Source: an uncultured Candidatus Saccharibacteria bacterium
GTDB taxonomy: Bacteria > Patescibacteriota > Saccharimonadia > Saccharimonadales > CAZJQT01
Assembly (NCBI GenBank): GCA_964604415.1
Contig: CAZRYT010000002.1
Span: 4,059-68,058, forward strand
Direction: 5' to 3'
Length of the DNA stretch: 64,000 nucleotides
Shown: positions 54,050 through 63,366 of the stretch, piece after piece
Numbering within the stretch: the stretch's first letter is position 1
Layout: each line of letters begins with the position of its first letter
Position numbers and translations under genes: made by a program
The notes under the pieces: model-generated
What the model saw: only the letters and a program-made list of their open reading frames with translations
What the model was told of the DNA's origin: nothing
Databases searched by the model: none

Positions 54050-56071
54050 ATGAACCCAAAACAATCAAAACTAGGACAAAACCGTCCTAATAACCAACAA
54101 CCGCGTGGTAGCGGTATCTCAAGAGGCACGGCTATCCGCGCCCACAAACGTACCCAAGACGATGCTCAGCGCATCATCAACCAGTACGCCTTTGCCGACC
54201 AATCTCAGCCGGCTGGTGCTCAGACTCCAATGTCTGACGACAAGCTAAAAATCACTTTCTTGGGTGGCCAAGAAGCCATTGGTGAGAAAAACATGCAGGT
54301 AATAGAGTGGCAAAACGATGCCATCATCCTAGACTGCGGTAACGACCTAGGCGTTGATCTGCCAGGCGTTAACTACACCATCGCTGATACAACTTACCTG
54401 GACTCGATCAAGCACAAACTACGCGGTTATGTCATCAGTCACGGCCACCTAGATCACCTAGGCGGACTAAGGCACATAGTGCCAAAATATCCAGCACCAA
54501 TCTATGGCTCACGCTTTACAATTGGCGTCGTTGAGAAAACTTTTGACGATGCTGCCAGCGAGTCCGGGCTAGAATTTAAGCCCAAAACCATCATCATGAA
54601 CATGGACGCTCACGAACGCCTCAAGCTAGGCATTTTTACGGTTGAACTTGTTCGTATAACTCACTCTGTACCTGAATCTTCTTGTATCGTTGTTGATACA
54701 CCGGTTGGTCGCCTAATAAACACCGGTGACTTTAGACTTGATCCAGAACCACTTGACCAAATGCCCAGCGACAAAGCCCGCCTAAAACAACTTGGTGAAG
54801 AAGGCGTATTGGCACTTTTGAGCGAGAGTACTTACACTAACGTTGAGGGTCGTCAATTGACCGAACATACTTTGCAAGACAGCTTCCATGACCTGATTGG
54901 CAAGGCTGAAGGCAGGGTATTTGTGGCCATCTTCTCCAGTAACATGAACCGTGTCCAAATGATCGTTAACTCTGCTGTTCAAGCTGGCCGCCGCGTAGCC
55001 TTAGATGGCCGTAGCATGATGAGCTACGCCGAAATTGCTGTTAGGCAAGGTGTACTCAAGATTCCCAAAGGCACCGTGCTACCGATGCGTGAAATGCCTA
55101 ATATTCCACCAAATCAAGTACTGGTTATTTGTACCGGTGGTCAAGGCGAACCTGGCTCAGCCCTACAGCGCATGGCCGAAGGCGAGCACAAACACATCAA
55201 ATTAACAGCTGGTGATACAGTTGTCGTTAGTTCGACACCAATTCCTGGTAACGAAATCCGCTACCAAGTAATCGGCAACGATCTAGCCAAAATTGGTGTG
55301 CACTTGTACCGTCATCCAACCCACGAAATCGATGGTTCTGGACCCTTGCACGTTGGTGGTCACGCCCGCCGTGACGAACACCGCGAGATGATGCAACTTG
55401 TTAAGCCAAAATTCTTCATTCCTATCTATGCCGGCGCCTTGAACCGTAAATATCATGCCGAAATGGCCGTTGAGGAAGGCTGGAAACGCGAAAACGTCAT
55501 CATGGCAGACAACGGTGAAAGCCTACTATTTACAGAAAATACCTGGGAAAAGGGTGCTGAAGTGCCTCATGGTAACGTTTTGGTTGACCAAAGTGGCGCA
55601 ACTGTCAGCAATGTAGTCATCAAAGATCGCATTATGTTGGCCGAGGAAGGCCTGATTGCGGTTGTGCTAACCGTAGATAAAAAATCTGGCAGACTGCTAA
55701 CCAGCCCAGATATCATCAGCCGTGGCTTCATATATATGAAGGACAATGAAGAGCTGATGAATAATTTCCGTCAGGAATTACGCCGGGCTGTCGAGCAGCG
55801 TTACAGCCGGATTGATCTGGATCGTTTTAAGGCCGAACTCAAGGACCATATTACTCACTTCTTGTTCGAGCAAACCGCCGGTAGTCCCATAGTCATTCCA
55901 GTAGTAAATGTCGTCGGTGGCGGTGGCAAGGTTGAAACCAAGGTAAATGGTAATGGAACCAATGGTAATGGAACCAAACCACATTCTGAGCAAGAAGATC
56001 TGGCGGCCGCTCAACAGAAGCGGTTTCAAGAGATGCGCGCCAAGTTACTTGGCATGGACCAGCCGGATTAA
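54050..56071 (+). CDS. rnj: ribonuclease J
   Basis: Metallo-beta-lactamase HGHLDHLG, beta-CASP domain. Disordered N-terminal extension and an NGNGT-repeat C-terminus. Confidence 0.93.
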   Translation: MNPKQSKLGQNRPNNQQPRGSGISRGTAIRAHKRTQDDAQRIINQYAFADQSQPAGAQTPMSDDKLKITFLGGQEAIGEKNMQVIEWQNDAIILDCGNDLGVDLPGVNYTIADTTYLDSIKHKLRGYVISHGHLDHLGGLRHIVPKYPAPIYGSRFTIGVVEKTFDDAASESGLEFKPKTIIMNMDAHERLKLGIFTVELVRITHSVPESSCIVVDTPVGRLINTGDFRLDPEPLDQMPSDKARLKQLGEEGVLALLSESTYTNVEGRQLTEHTLQDSFHDLIGKAEGRVFVAIFSSNMNRVQMIVNSAVQAGRRVALDGRSMMSYAEIAVRQGVLKIPKGTVLPMREMPNIPPNQVLVICTGGQGEPGSALQRMAEGEHKHIKLTAGDTVVVSSTPIPGNEIRYQVIGNDLAKIGVHLYRHPTHEIDGSGPLHVGGHARRDEHREMMQLVKPKFFIPIYAGALNRKYHAEMAVEEGWKRENVIMADNGESLLFTENTWEKGAEVPHGNVLVDQSGATVSNVVIKDRIMLAEEGLIAVVLTVDKKSGRLLTSPDIISRGFIYMKDNEELMNNFRQELRRAVEQRYSRIDLDRFKAELKDHITHFLFEQTAGSPIVIPVVNVVGGGGKVETKVNGNGTNGNGTKPHSEQEDLAAAQQKRFQEMRAKLLGMDQPD

Positions 56072-56076
56072 CGGTA

Positions 56077-56150
56077 ATGAGGGAACCGAGATAGGTTCCC
56101 TCATCGCGCCGGCAAAATGGGATACATTTTGTCGGGCTACTCCTTCCTGA
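56077..56150 (+). repeat. copy B of the two-hairpin element seen after groEL
   Basis: Perfect hairpin GAGGGAACC-GAGATA-GGTTCCCTC, then GCCGGCAAAATG-GGATA-CATTTTGTCGGGC, then TACTCCTTCCTGA. It starts 6 nt after the rnj stop. Confidence 0.6.
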
Positions 56151-56195
56151 AAACACAAAATCAGCTTGCTATCTGGATAATAAAATTGCCTGTTA

Positions 56196-56223
56196 TTGAC
56201 AAAAGGGAATTCAGGAATATAAT
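56196..56223 (+). promoter_or_regulatory. promoter TTGACA-16-TATAAT
   Basis: Read directly from the sequence. It lies inside track ORF 56117..56452, which argues for a later start for that ORF. Confidence 0.5.
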
Positions 56224-56323
56224 TTCCCGCTGTCCTGAAACGAACTTAAGAGACGGGACTAGAAGGAATATTTTGAAACTAGGTAACCGATTACCCATAT
56301 ATGAGCCGTTTGATGAAAAGGTC

Positions 56324-56452
56324 ATGGAAGAAGCTATACGTCAAAATCGATTAGATATTTTTGCAAAACTTGGGCAAACAGCTAGCGACCCAGAGTTAAT
56401 AGATCTGAGCGAGGCCACAACAGAGACTGTTACCGAAACACAAACAACCTAA
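56324..56452 (+). CDS. very small hypothetical protein (start uncertain; alternative TTG 56273)
   Basis: This is the only in-frame ATG downstream of the predicted promoter. The upstream part of the track ORF overlaps repeat copy B. Confidence 0.25.
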   Translation: MEEAIRQNRLDIFAKLGQTASDPELIDLSEATTETVTETQTT

Positions 56453-56458
56453 ACTGTA

Positions 56459-56487
56459 TTGACAAATGTTGTAAAATTTGCTGTAAT
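56459..56487 (+). promoter_or_regulatory. promoter TTGACA-17-TGTAAT, 6 nt before ATG 56494
   Basis: Read directly from the sequence. Confidence 0.5.
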
Positions 56488-56493
56488 ATAGCA

Positions 56494-56769
56494 ATGACAG
56501 ATGTCAATGAAGCAGATTACCCTGAAGTATTTCAAGATCCTCAGTTGCGCCGTGAAGCGGGTGAAGGCTGGTACACTAGTGGCCTTAACAGGATATTATT
56601 GGGTGCCCTTGTAGCGCGCAAAGTACTTGCTCATGAAATTTCTCAAGGTGGACATAATAAAGACGACTCATTGTTGGATGAGTATTTATCGCAAGTAATG
56701 CATGTCGAGACCCTAAAAATACAATTTGGAATTGTTGATCCACCACCCCTTCCTCCAGAGAGTGAATAG
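56494..56769 (+). CDS. small hypothetical protein
   Basis: 91-aa ORF with a leaderless-type promoter context. Confidence 0.5.
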   Translation: MTDVNEADYPEVFQDPQLRREAGEGWYTSGLNRILLGALVARKVLAHEISQGGHNKDDSLLDEYLSQVMHVETLKIQFGIVDPPPLPPESE

Positions 56770-56790
56770 TTATATAATTGAATCCTAGTT

Positions 56791-58971
56791 ATGGCTAAAA
56801 GAAAAAAACAAACAAAAAAACGTAACACCCAAAGAGAAGAAGAGCGTTCTAGCTTTTGGCCATTGGCCGGCGCCATCATTATGTGGTTGCTGGCTGTTTT
56901 TGTATTACTGGGTGGCTTTGGCGGCGGTGGACCACTGCCCAAAAACTTGTTCCACGGCGCTTATTGGGCACTAGGCTGGGGAGCTTATCTAACACCGGTC
57001 GCCTTGATATATTTTGGGGTTGAAAAGTTTAGGAGTGATGACCACCAAATACCATTCGCCAAATTTGTCAGCATGTTGGCTTTTATTGTTATGTCATCTA
57101 GTTGGCTGCACGTTGCCTATGCTAGCAAAGTAGCCACCAACGAATTTACTGGTGGTCATGGCGGGGAAGTCGGCAGATTATTTGGTAATCTTGCCCTCGG
57201 TGCACTAGATAAAATCCCGGCTGCCATTATGTTTTTTGTCTTTGCGTTATTATTGTTTTTCCTGACATTTGCCATTTCACCAAAGGTTTTGATCAAATTA
57301 TTCGAACTATTTAGGCGTGAAGAGCCGGACACTGACCTGGCGGCGCTCAAATCCAGCAGCCACGGCCTTAAGCTTAATGAAGGTGTGCCGGTGGAACATT
57401 ACTCAGGTGACGCAAGCCGTCTTTCTAGCTTCAAAAACACAGCCCAAAAACTTAGTGGAGCCGAAAATCACGAAGCCCTAACGACTACAAGTGACCCAGA
57501 TTGGAAATTCCCGGGCCTGGACCTATTAAATGAAAAACAAGACAAAGCTGACGCCGGTAATATAGAAGGCAATGCCGAGATTATTAAAGAGACTTTGGCC
57601 AATTTCAATATTGGCGTTGATATGGAGGGCGCCAATATTGGCCCGCGTGTTACCCAGTTCACCCTAAAACCACCAACTGGGGTAAAACTAGCTAAAATTA
57701 CCCAGCTGGAAAACAACCTAGCGCTTGATCTAGCTGCCACATCGATTCGTATTGAAGCCCCAATCCCGGGCAAAAGAGCCGTTGGTATCGAAGTACCAAA
57801 TATCAAACCAGCCACAGTTAGAATTAGTTCTATTCTGCAATCACCAGAGTGGGGTGACCTAAAAAGCCCGCTAGCCATCGTCATAGGTAAAGACATTTCT
57901 GGCGCGCCAATCCTTGGTGATCTGGAAAAAATGCCACACTTACTAGTTGCTGGACAAACAGGTTCCGGTAAGAGCGTGATGATAAACGACATTCTCACCA
58001 GTTTGCTGTACCGCAACAGTCCGGCTGACCTAAAGCTCATACTAGTTGACCCTAAGCGGGTGGAGCTCAAGCCTTACGACGAAATTCCACACCTTTTGAC
58101 ACCAGTTATCACTGAGCCGGAGAAATGCATCAGCGCCCTTAAGTGGACAGTGGCCGAGATGGAACGGCGTTATCGGGCACTAGCCGAAGTCAAAAAACGC
58201 AATATCAATGAATACAATACCCTCAAAAAAGAAGAGGGCATGCCCTACATAGTTATAGTTATAGATGAGCTCTCAGATCTTATGATGATGGCTGCCCGCG
58301 ACGTTGAAGCCTTGATTGTGCGCATTGCTCAGAAGGCGCGTGCCGTTGGCATCCACCTAGTTTTGGCTACTCAGCGACCTAGCGTAGACGTTATCACCGG
58401 TCTGATTAAGGCCAATATTCCGGCCCGTATAGCTTTTACCACCGCTAGCCAGGTGGATTCACGAACCATTATTGATGGCATGGGCGCCGAAAAACTGCTT
58501 GGCATGGGCGATATGCTCATGACCACCGCCGAGCTTCCCAAACCCAAGCGTATTCAGGCAGCCCTGATTGAAGAAGCCGAGACTAACCGAGTCACCGACT
58601 TTATTCGCATGCAGCGTCCACCGCAATACGATGATGAAGTTGTCAGCCAACCAGTACAGTTAAATGGTCGTGGCGGCGTTGTGGCTGACTATGGTGGTCA
58701 AGACGTTGATGATGACATGTACCGCGACGCTGTTAGAGCTGTGATTGATGGTCGTAAAGCTAGCACCAGTCTACTACAACGTAGGCTTAGAATTGGCTAC
58801 GGCAGAGCAGCTCGGTTGATTGAAACCATGGAAGAACAGGGAATTATTAGCCATGCTGACGGCAACCGTCCGCGTGAGGTTCTAGTGCATTCTATAGACG
58901 AAGTTTTTGGCGGCGGCGTAGCAGACGAAACGTCGTTTGACGACATCCCCGACGAACCCGAAGAAGTATAA
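56791..58971 (+). CDS. ftsK: DNA translocase FtsK
   Basis: N-terminal TM helices, Walker A VAGQTGSGKS, Walker B VIVIDE, and a C-terminal gamma-domain wHTH. Confidence 0.95.
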   Translation: MAKRKKQTKKRNTQREEERSSFWPLAGAIIMWLLAVFVLLGGFGGGGPLPKNLFHGAYWALGWGAYLTPVALIYFGVEKFRSDDHQIPFAKFVSMLAFIVMSSSWLHVAYASKVATNEFTGGHGGEVGRLFGNLALGALDKIPAAIMFFVFALLLFFLTFAISPKVLIKLFELFRREEPDTDLAALKSSSHGLKLNEGVPVEHYSGDASRLSSFKNTAQKLSGAENHEALTTTSDPDWKFPGLDLLNEKQDKADAGNIEGNAEIIKETLANFNIGVDMEGANIGPRVTQFTLKPPTGVKLAKITQLENNLALDLAATSIRIEAPIPGKRAVGIEVPNIKPATVRISSILQSPEWGDLKSPLAIVIGKDISGAPILGDLEKMPHLLVAGQTGSGKSVMINDILTSLLYRNSPADLKLILVDPKRVELKPYDEIPHLLTPVITEPEKCISALKWTVAEMERRYRALAEVKKRNINEYNTLKKEEGMPYIVIVIDELSDLMMMAARDVEALIVRIAQKARAVGIHLVLATQRPSVDVITGLIKANIPARIAFTTASQVDSRTIIDGMGAEKLLGMGDMLMTTAELPKPKRIQAALIEEAETNRVTDFIRMQRPPQYDDEVVSQPVQLNGRGGVVADYGGQDVDDDMYRDAVRAVIDGRKASTSLLQRRLRIGYGRAARLIETMEEQGIISHADGNRPREVLVHSIDEVFGGGVADETSFDDIPDEPEEV

Positions 58972-58997
58972 GTGTATTGATAAAATGTGAGCGACCC

Positions 58998-59026
58998 TTG
59001 ACCAACAGGGGTAAATAGAGTAGAAT
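58998..59026 (+). promoter_or_regulatory. rpsF operon promoter TTGACC-17-TAGAAT, followed by a roughly 70-nt leader
   Basis: Read directly from the sequence. The leader contains the AGCTT-AACTC-AAGCT hairpin. Confidence 0.55.
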
Positions 59027-59102
59027 CCTGGGAGCTTAACTCAAGCTTCAGGTTGCGGCCAACTTTAGAGCGCGTAGCCTTAAACCAACGGAAGGAGTTC
59101 AA

Positions 59103-59477
59103 TTGAACCAATACGAAATTGCAGTATTGTATCACCCGGATTTGGAAGTAGATTTGTCCAAAGCCGAGGAAAAAGTGACCAAAATTATCACCGATAACGG
59201 TGGTAAAGTAATCAAAACTGACAATTGGGGCAAGCGCAAACTAGCTTATCCCATCAAAAAACAGGAACATGCTATTTATGTGTTTTACATCGTAGAAATG
59301 CCTGGTCCAGGCCTAATAAAGGTTGAGGGTGCTTTGAATATCACCGACGAAGTCATTCGTTATCTGATAGTCAAGCAAGACTTAAAACTAATGGCTAAGA
59401 TCGAAGCCGCCAAGGCCGATAAAGCCAAAAAGGCCGCAGAGCGTAACGATAGGACAGAAGACTCTGAGGAAGAGTAA
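59103..59477 (+). CDS. rpsF: 30S ribosomal protein S6
   Basis: TTG start after GGAAGGAG. NQYEIAVLYHPDL, with an acidic C-terminal tail. Confidence 0.9.
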   Translation: MNQYEIAVLYHPDLEVDLSKAEEKVTKIITDNGGKVIKTDNWGKRKLAYPIKKQEHAIYVFYIVEMPGPGLIKVEGALNITDEVIRYLIVKQDLKLMAKIEAAKADKAKKAAERNDRTEDSEEE

Positions 59478-59566
59478 AACGCACATGCTTGACAGCAAAT
59501 TGCTAATGGAGCTAGTGTATATGTACAAATTAATTGGGACATATGTCCTACAAGGAGGGATGCCTT

Positions 59567-60046
59567 ATGGCACGTAGTTTTAACCAAGTAATATTAATGG
59601 GTAACCTTACCCGTGATCCGGAACTTAGACAGATTCCGTCCGGACAATCAGTTTGCAGCTTTAGTTTAGCTCTAAACCGCAGCTACAAGAGTAAAGAAGG
59701 CGAATGGCAAGAAGCCACTGACTATATTGATGTGGTTGCCTGGGGGCCCCTAGGCGAGCGCGTAGCCCAATACCTAACCAAAGGCCGGCCCGCGCTTGTA
59801 AATGGTCGTCTGCAGTCCCGTAGTTGGGAGCAGGACGGCAACAAACGCAGCAAAGTAGAAGTTGTCGCCCAAGACGTCACATTCCTCGGTGGTGGAGGCG
59901 GTGGAGCAGGCGGCGGCAGCAGATCTTCTGAAGACAATTCTTCAGAAGAGGAAGCACCAAAACCTAGTAAAAAAACCAAAGCCGACGACATTGTCATAGA
60001 AGACATCGGCGACGAACCAATCAACTTAGACGATATACCATTTTAA
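59567..60046 (+). CDS. ssb: single-stranded DNA-binding protein
   Basis: AAGGAGGG SD. MARSFNQVILMGNLTRDPELRQ, Gly-rich linker, C-terminal DDIPF. Confidence 0.95.
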   Translation: MARSFNQVILMGNLTRDPELRQIPSGQSVCSFSLALNRSYKSKEGEWQEATDYIDVVAWGPLGERVAQYLTKGRPALVNGRLQSRSWEQDGNKRSKVEVVAQDVTFLGGGGGGAGGGSRSSEDNSSEEEAPKPSKKTKADDIVIEDIGDEPINLDDIPF

Positions 60047-60056
60047 GGAGTAATTA

Positions 60057-60260
60057 ATGGCAAAGATTTTTAAGAATAGAACCGACGTAGCTTACTTTGA
60101 CTACAAGGATTTCAAAACCTTGCAGCGTTTTGTTAACAGCTACGGCCAGATTGAAAGCCGCAAAAAAACCGGCTTGCGTGAACACGAACAGCGCCAATTG
60201 GCAGCTGCTATCAAGCGTGCCCGTCACTTAGCCCTATTACCATTCGTAGCTACTAGTTAA
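60057..60260 (+). CDS. rpsR: 30S ribosomal protein S18
   Basis: DYKDFKTLQRFVNSYGQIESRKKTGL...IKRARHLALLPF. Confidence 0.93.
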   Translation: MAKIFKNRTDVAYFDYKDFKTLQRFVNSYGQIESRKKTGLREHEQRQLAAAIKRARHLALLPFVATS

Positions 60261-60269
60261 GGACAAATA

Positions 60270-60683
60270 GTGCGTCACCTAGATATCGCATTGGCTTTAA
60301 TTGAACAAGAAGGTGTATATTTTCTGCAATTAAGGGGAGCAAATCCAGAAATTGGTGGCGCAGGTTTAATTGGCTGCTTTGGCGGTAAAATTGAAGAAGA
60401 AACCCCCGGTGTGGCTATTTGTAGAGAACTTAGCGAAGAAACTAATCTGGACAACTTAAGAGAAGAAGATATAGAGTTGATTGGTCGCGTGAGAGTACAT
60501 AGTGACCATAAACTTGAAAAAGTTTCTGTGCACGCCCATGTTTTCCGCATCGTAGTGGGTAGCGATATGAATATCGAGGCTAAAGAAGGTGATCTTGTTC
60601 GACTAACACCCGATGATGCCAAGCAAAAACTAGATAACATGACTACTGGCACCCGGGCAGTTTTTGAAGAAATAATATTTTAA
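60270..60683 (+). CDS. NUDIX hydrolase
   Basis: GTG start. Nudix box GGKIEEETPGVAICRELSEETNL. Confidence 0.85.
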   Translation: MRHLDIALALIEQEGVYFLQLRGANPEIGGAGLIGCFGGKIEEETPGVAICRELSEETNLDNLREEDIELIGRVRVHSDHKLEKVSVHAHVFRIVVGSDMNIEAKEGDLVRLTPDDAKQKLDNMTTGTRAVFEEIIF

Positions 60684-60693
60684 GGAGAGCTTC

Positions 60694-61260
60694 ATGGCTT
60701 TAGGCGTAACTGATCTTAAGAAAGGGCAGATATTCCAGCTGGACGGTGTACCGTACCGGGTGGTTGAGTATGCTCAAAAAGTCATGGGTCGGGGTGGCTC
60801 AATAGTGAACGTTAAGATCAAAAGCCTGACTGACGGCAAGGTGCTGGATAAAACTTTCAAAGGTAGCGATTCAATTGAACCAGCTGATATTACTAACAAA
60901 AACGTTCAATATCTCTATAGCGATGCCCAAAACTTCTTTTTCATGGACGAAAACACCTATGAACAATTTGAGATGTCGGCTAATGATATGGCCGACAAAG
61001 CTGGTTATATGAAGGAGGGCGATAAGGTCCAAGCCCAAATGTTTGATGGCCGCGTGATTAATATTGAGCTACCCAAAAACGTCCCACTCAAAGTTACCCA
61101 TGCCGAAAACGCCGTAAAAGGCGACACCAGCTCAGCCATTACCAAAGACGCCGAGCTAGAAACCGGTATACACGTAAAAGTTCCGGCTTTTATCAAAACT
61201 GGTGATATTATCTCAGTCGACACGGTTACAGGAGCTTACCGTGAGCGCGTCAAAGACTAA
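60694..61260 (+). CDS. efp: elongation factor P
   Basis: DLKKGQIFQLDGVPYRVVEYAQKVMGRGGSIVNVKIKSL. Confidence 0.95.
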   Translation: MALGVTDLKKGQIFQLDGVPYRVVEYAQKVMGRGGSIVNVKIKSLTDGKVLDKTFKGSDSIEPADITNKNVQYLYSDAQNFFFMDENTYEQFEMSANDMADKAGYMKEGDKVQAQMFDGRVINIELPKNVPLKVTHAENAVKGDTSSAITKDAELETGIHVKVPAFIKTGDIISVDTVTGAYRERVKD

Positions 61261-61972
61261 AACACGGTTAGATCAAGAATTAGTTAAGCGTGGATTGGTC
61301 TCAACACGGAGCCAAGCAGAGAATTATATTAAACTCGGGCTAATTAAATTAAATGGAAAAATAATAAATAAATCAGGTTATTTAATTTACCAAAATGATG
61401 AGATTGTGGTATTAACAGATGAGAAATATGTTTCCAGAGCGGCACTTAAATTAAAATCAATTACTAATAAATTAAATATTAAATTTGAAAATAAAATAAT
61501 ACTTGATGTTGGCTCTAGCACAGGTGGCTTCACAGATTTTGCCTTGCAGCACGGTGCCAAGAAGGTAATTGCCGTTGATGTCGGCACAGATCAGCTGCAT
61601 CCAAGCCTATTAACAGATAAGAGAATCGAACTGCACGAAAAAACTGATATCAGAGATATTAATAAATTATCTAGTTCACCCGATATAGTTTTGATTGACG
61701 TGTCATTCATTTCATTAAAAGAAATATTGCCAAAAATAGCTGAATTAGTTAATAAAAATACTGAGATTATTGCAATGGTTAAACCGCAGTTCGAATCGGG
61801 TGATCAAATGAAGCACAAAGGCGTTATAAAGAATGATAAAATCCGCCGGAATATACTAAAAGATTTTGAAAGTTGGACACAAAATTTGTTCAAAATAATA
61901 AACAAGGCAGATTCGGAAATAACAGGGGCCAAGGGCAACTTAGAACGCTTCTATCTGCTCAAACGGCTATAG
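61241..61972 (+). CDS. tlyA: TlyA-family rRNA (cytidine-2'-O)-methyltransferase
   Basis: GTG start after AGGAG. S4 domain RLDQELVKRGLVSTRSQAENYIKLG. SAM motif LDVGSSTGGFTD. Markedly AT-rich. Confidence 0.85.
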   Translation: MSASKTKTRLDQELVKRGLVSTRSQAENYIKLGLIKLNGKIINKSGYLIYQNDEIVVLTDEKYVSRAALKLKSITNKLNIKFENKIILDVGSSTGGFTDFALQHGAKKVIAVDVGTDQLHPSLLTDKRIELHEKTDIRDINKLSSSPDIVLIDVSFISLKEILPKIAELVNKNTEIIAMVKPQFESGDQMKHKGVIKNDKIRRNILKDFESWTQNLFKIINKADSEITGAKGNLERFYLLKRL

Positions 61973-62617
61973 ATAAGCTTTGAGTTTGTCGATGTTTTTT
62001 ATCTTTAAATACTGGGTGTTGGTTTCTATGAAACCCTTCTTTTCCAGTAGTGAAAGTTCGCGGCTGGTAGTCTCACGTGAGGCATTAATAGAACTAGCAA
62101 TGTCTTGCTGTCTAAGAGCTACATTTATTTGAACTTGCCCATTCTTTTCTTGATCACCAAAGCGTTGAGAGGTATTTAGTATAAATGAAATTAGGCGTTC
62201 ACGAACGGTACGGTACTCTAAATTAATAATCCGCTCAGAGTGCAATCTATACATTTCCATAGTCATATCTAGTAGTGGCAAGTGCGAATACTCGGAACTC
62301 TTTAGGTAGGCAAGAAAAGCTGACCTGGTAATCCGCCAAACATCGGTCGATGACATGGCTTGGTAGATAACTTTACGCTCTTGACCGGTTACAGCCCAGA
62401 TGAGAGGGAATATTTCGTGATCTTTACGGATGATGAGTAAGTTTTCCTCACCATACTTCGTGATATCAAAGGCTTTGACTAACCCCGAATTGATATAAAA
62501 AACGCCCGTAGGGGTTTCCCCGGGGCGAATAATGAACTCACCTTTGTCGTATTTCAGCCTGGTACCAGATTTAAAAACCTGTACCAATGCGGCCGTCTGT
62601 TCTGCGGAGGCCAACAT
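61967..62617 (-). CDS. Crp/Fnr-family transcriptional regulator
   Basis: cNMP-binding beta-barrel followed by a C-terminal HTH (QDIASSINASRETTSRELSLLEKKGFI). Confidence 0.85.
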   Translation of the reverse strand: MLASAEQTAALVQVFKSGTRLKYDKGEFIIRPGETPTGVFYINSGLVKAFDITKYGEENLLIIRKDHEIFPLIWAVTGQERKVIYQAMSSTDVWRITRSAFLAYLKSSEYSHLPLLDMTMEMYRLHSERIINLEYRTVRERLISFILNTSQRFGDQEKNGQVQINVALRQQDIASSINASRETTSRELSLLEKKGFIETNTQYLKIKNIDKLKAYL

Positions 62618-62741
62618 ATATGTATTATGTCACAACTCTTTCAAAACCGTGTGATAAATGTCTCAGCTAGTTTGTGATGTAACTAACCGACAGTTACCCA
62701 AAACAAGCCTAAGATGTAGTTATTAACAAGGGAGGTGCGCG

Positions 62742-63284
62742 ATGATCCATGAACGTGTGGTCAAGGAGCAGCTAAAACGTATTGGCTCCGACTTTAAATT
62801 CTGGGGGGTCAGCGAGCTACGTGAACTTCCCAAAGTCCTGTTTGAAGGCGAACAATTAAACCATGTTATAAACGGCCGCTACACCGGTGGTTTTGCCACG
62901 CTATGCGCAACCGACCAGCGCGTCTTATTAATAGACAAAAAACCTTTTTACCTAACGCTCGAGGACATTCGCTACGATATGATATCTGACGTTATGTACA
63001 ATCACCGTTTGCTAAACGCCACAGTGCTGTTGGGCACGGTTCACAAATCAATAGCCTTTATTGGCTATAATCACGGTAAGCTCAGGAACATGACTAACTT
63101 TATTCAACAAAAGGTTCTTGAGTTTCGCCAACAGCAAAATCAGCAGCAATTGCAACCTCTTGTAGCTTCCAACAACTTAGCTATGCCAGTCCAGAACCTG
63201 GTTAATTTGCCAGAGCACAACTATCCGATCAATCCCTACAAGATGCCGGTTATGATACGGCGCCGCGTCTCCAGATTCAATTGA
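62742..63284 (+). CDS. PH-domain-like (bacterial PH/YokE-like) protein with Gln-rich C-terminus
   Basis: GGGAGG SD. LPKVLFEGEQLNHVINGRYTGGFATLCATDQRVLLIDKK pattern. Confidence 0.5.
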   Translation: MIHERVVKEQLKRIGSDFKFWGVSELRELPKVLFEGEQLNHVINGRYTGGFATLCATDQRVLLIDKKPFYLTLEDIRYDMISDVMYNHRLLNATVLLGTVHKSIAFIGYNHGKLRNMTNFIQQKVLEFRQQQNQQQLQPLVASNNLAMPVQNLVNLPEHNYPINPYKMPVMIRRRVSRFN

Positions 63285-63366
63285 CGAACTTCCTGAACAC
63301 ACTAGCAACCTGAATCAAGCCAGAAAGCTCGTTATTTTGGGTAAATGCTCATGCTAAACTGGGAGA

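Noticed and set aside
55941-55975. Tandem 15-bp repeat AATGGTAATGGAACC x2
   Set aside because: It is in frame within the rnj C-terminal tail (NGNGT NGNGT). This is a simple low-complexity coding repeat, not a CRISPR or regulatory repeat.
56100-56130. An 8-codon minus-strand ORF (AAGGAG...ATG TAT CCC ATT TTG CCG GCG CGA TGA) inside repeat copy B
   Set aside because: Copy A after groEL has no ATG in the equivalent position, so the peptide is not conserved. The AAGGAG is just the complement of the CTCCTT block.
56117-56323. The N-terminal two thirds of track ORF 56117..56452
   Set aside because: It starts inside the conserved hairpin repeat and lies upstream of a good TTGACA-16-TATAAT promoter at 56196..56223. 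Only the distal part can plausibly be translated.
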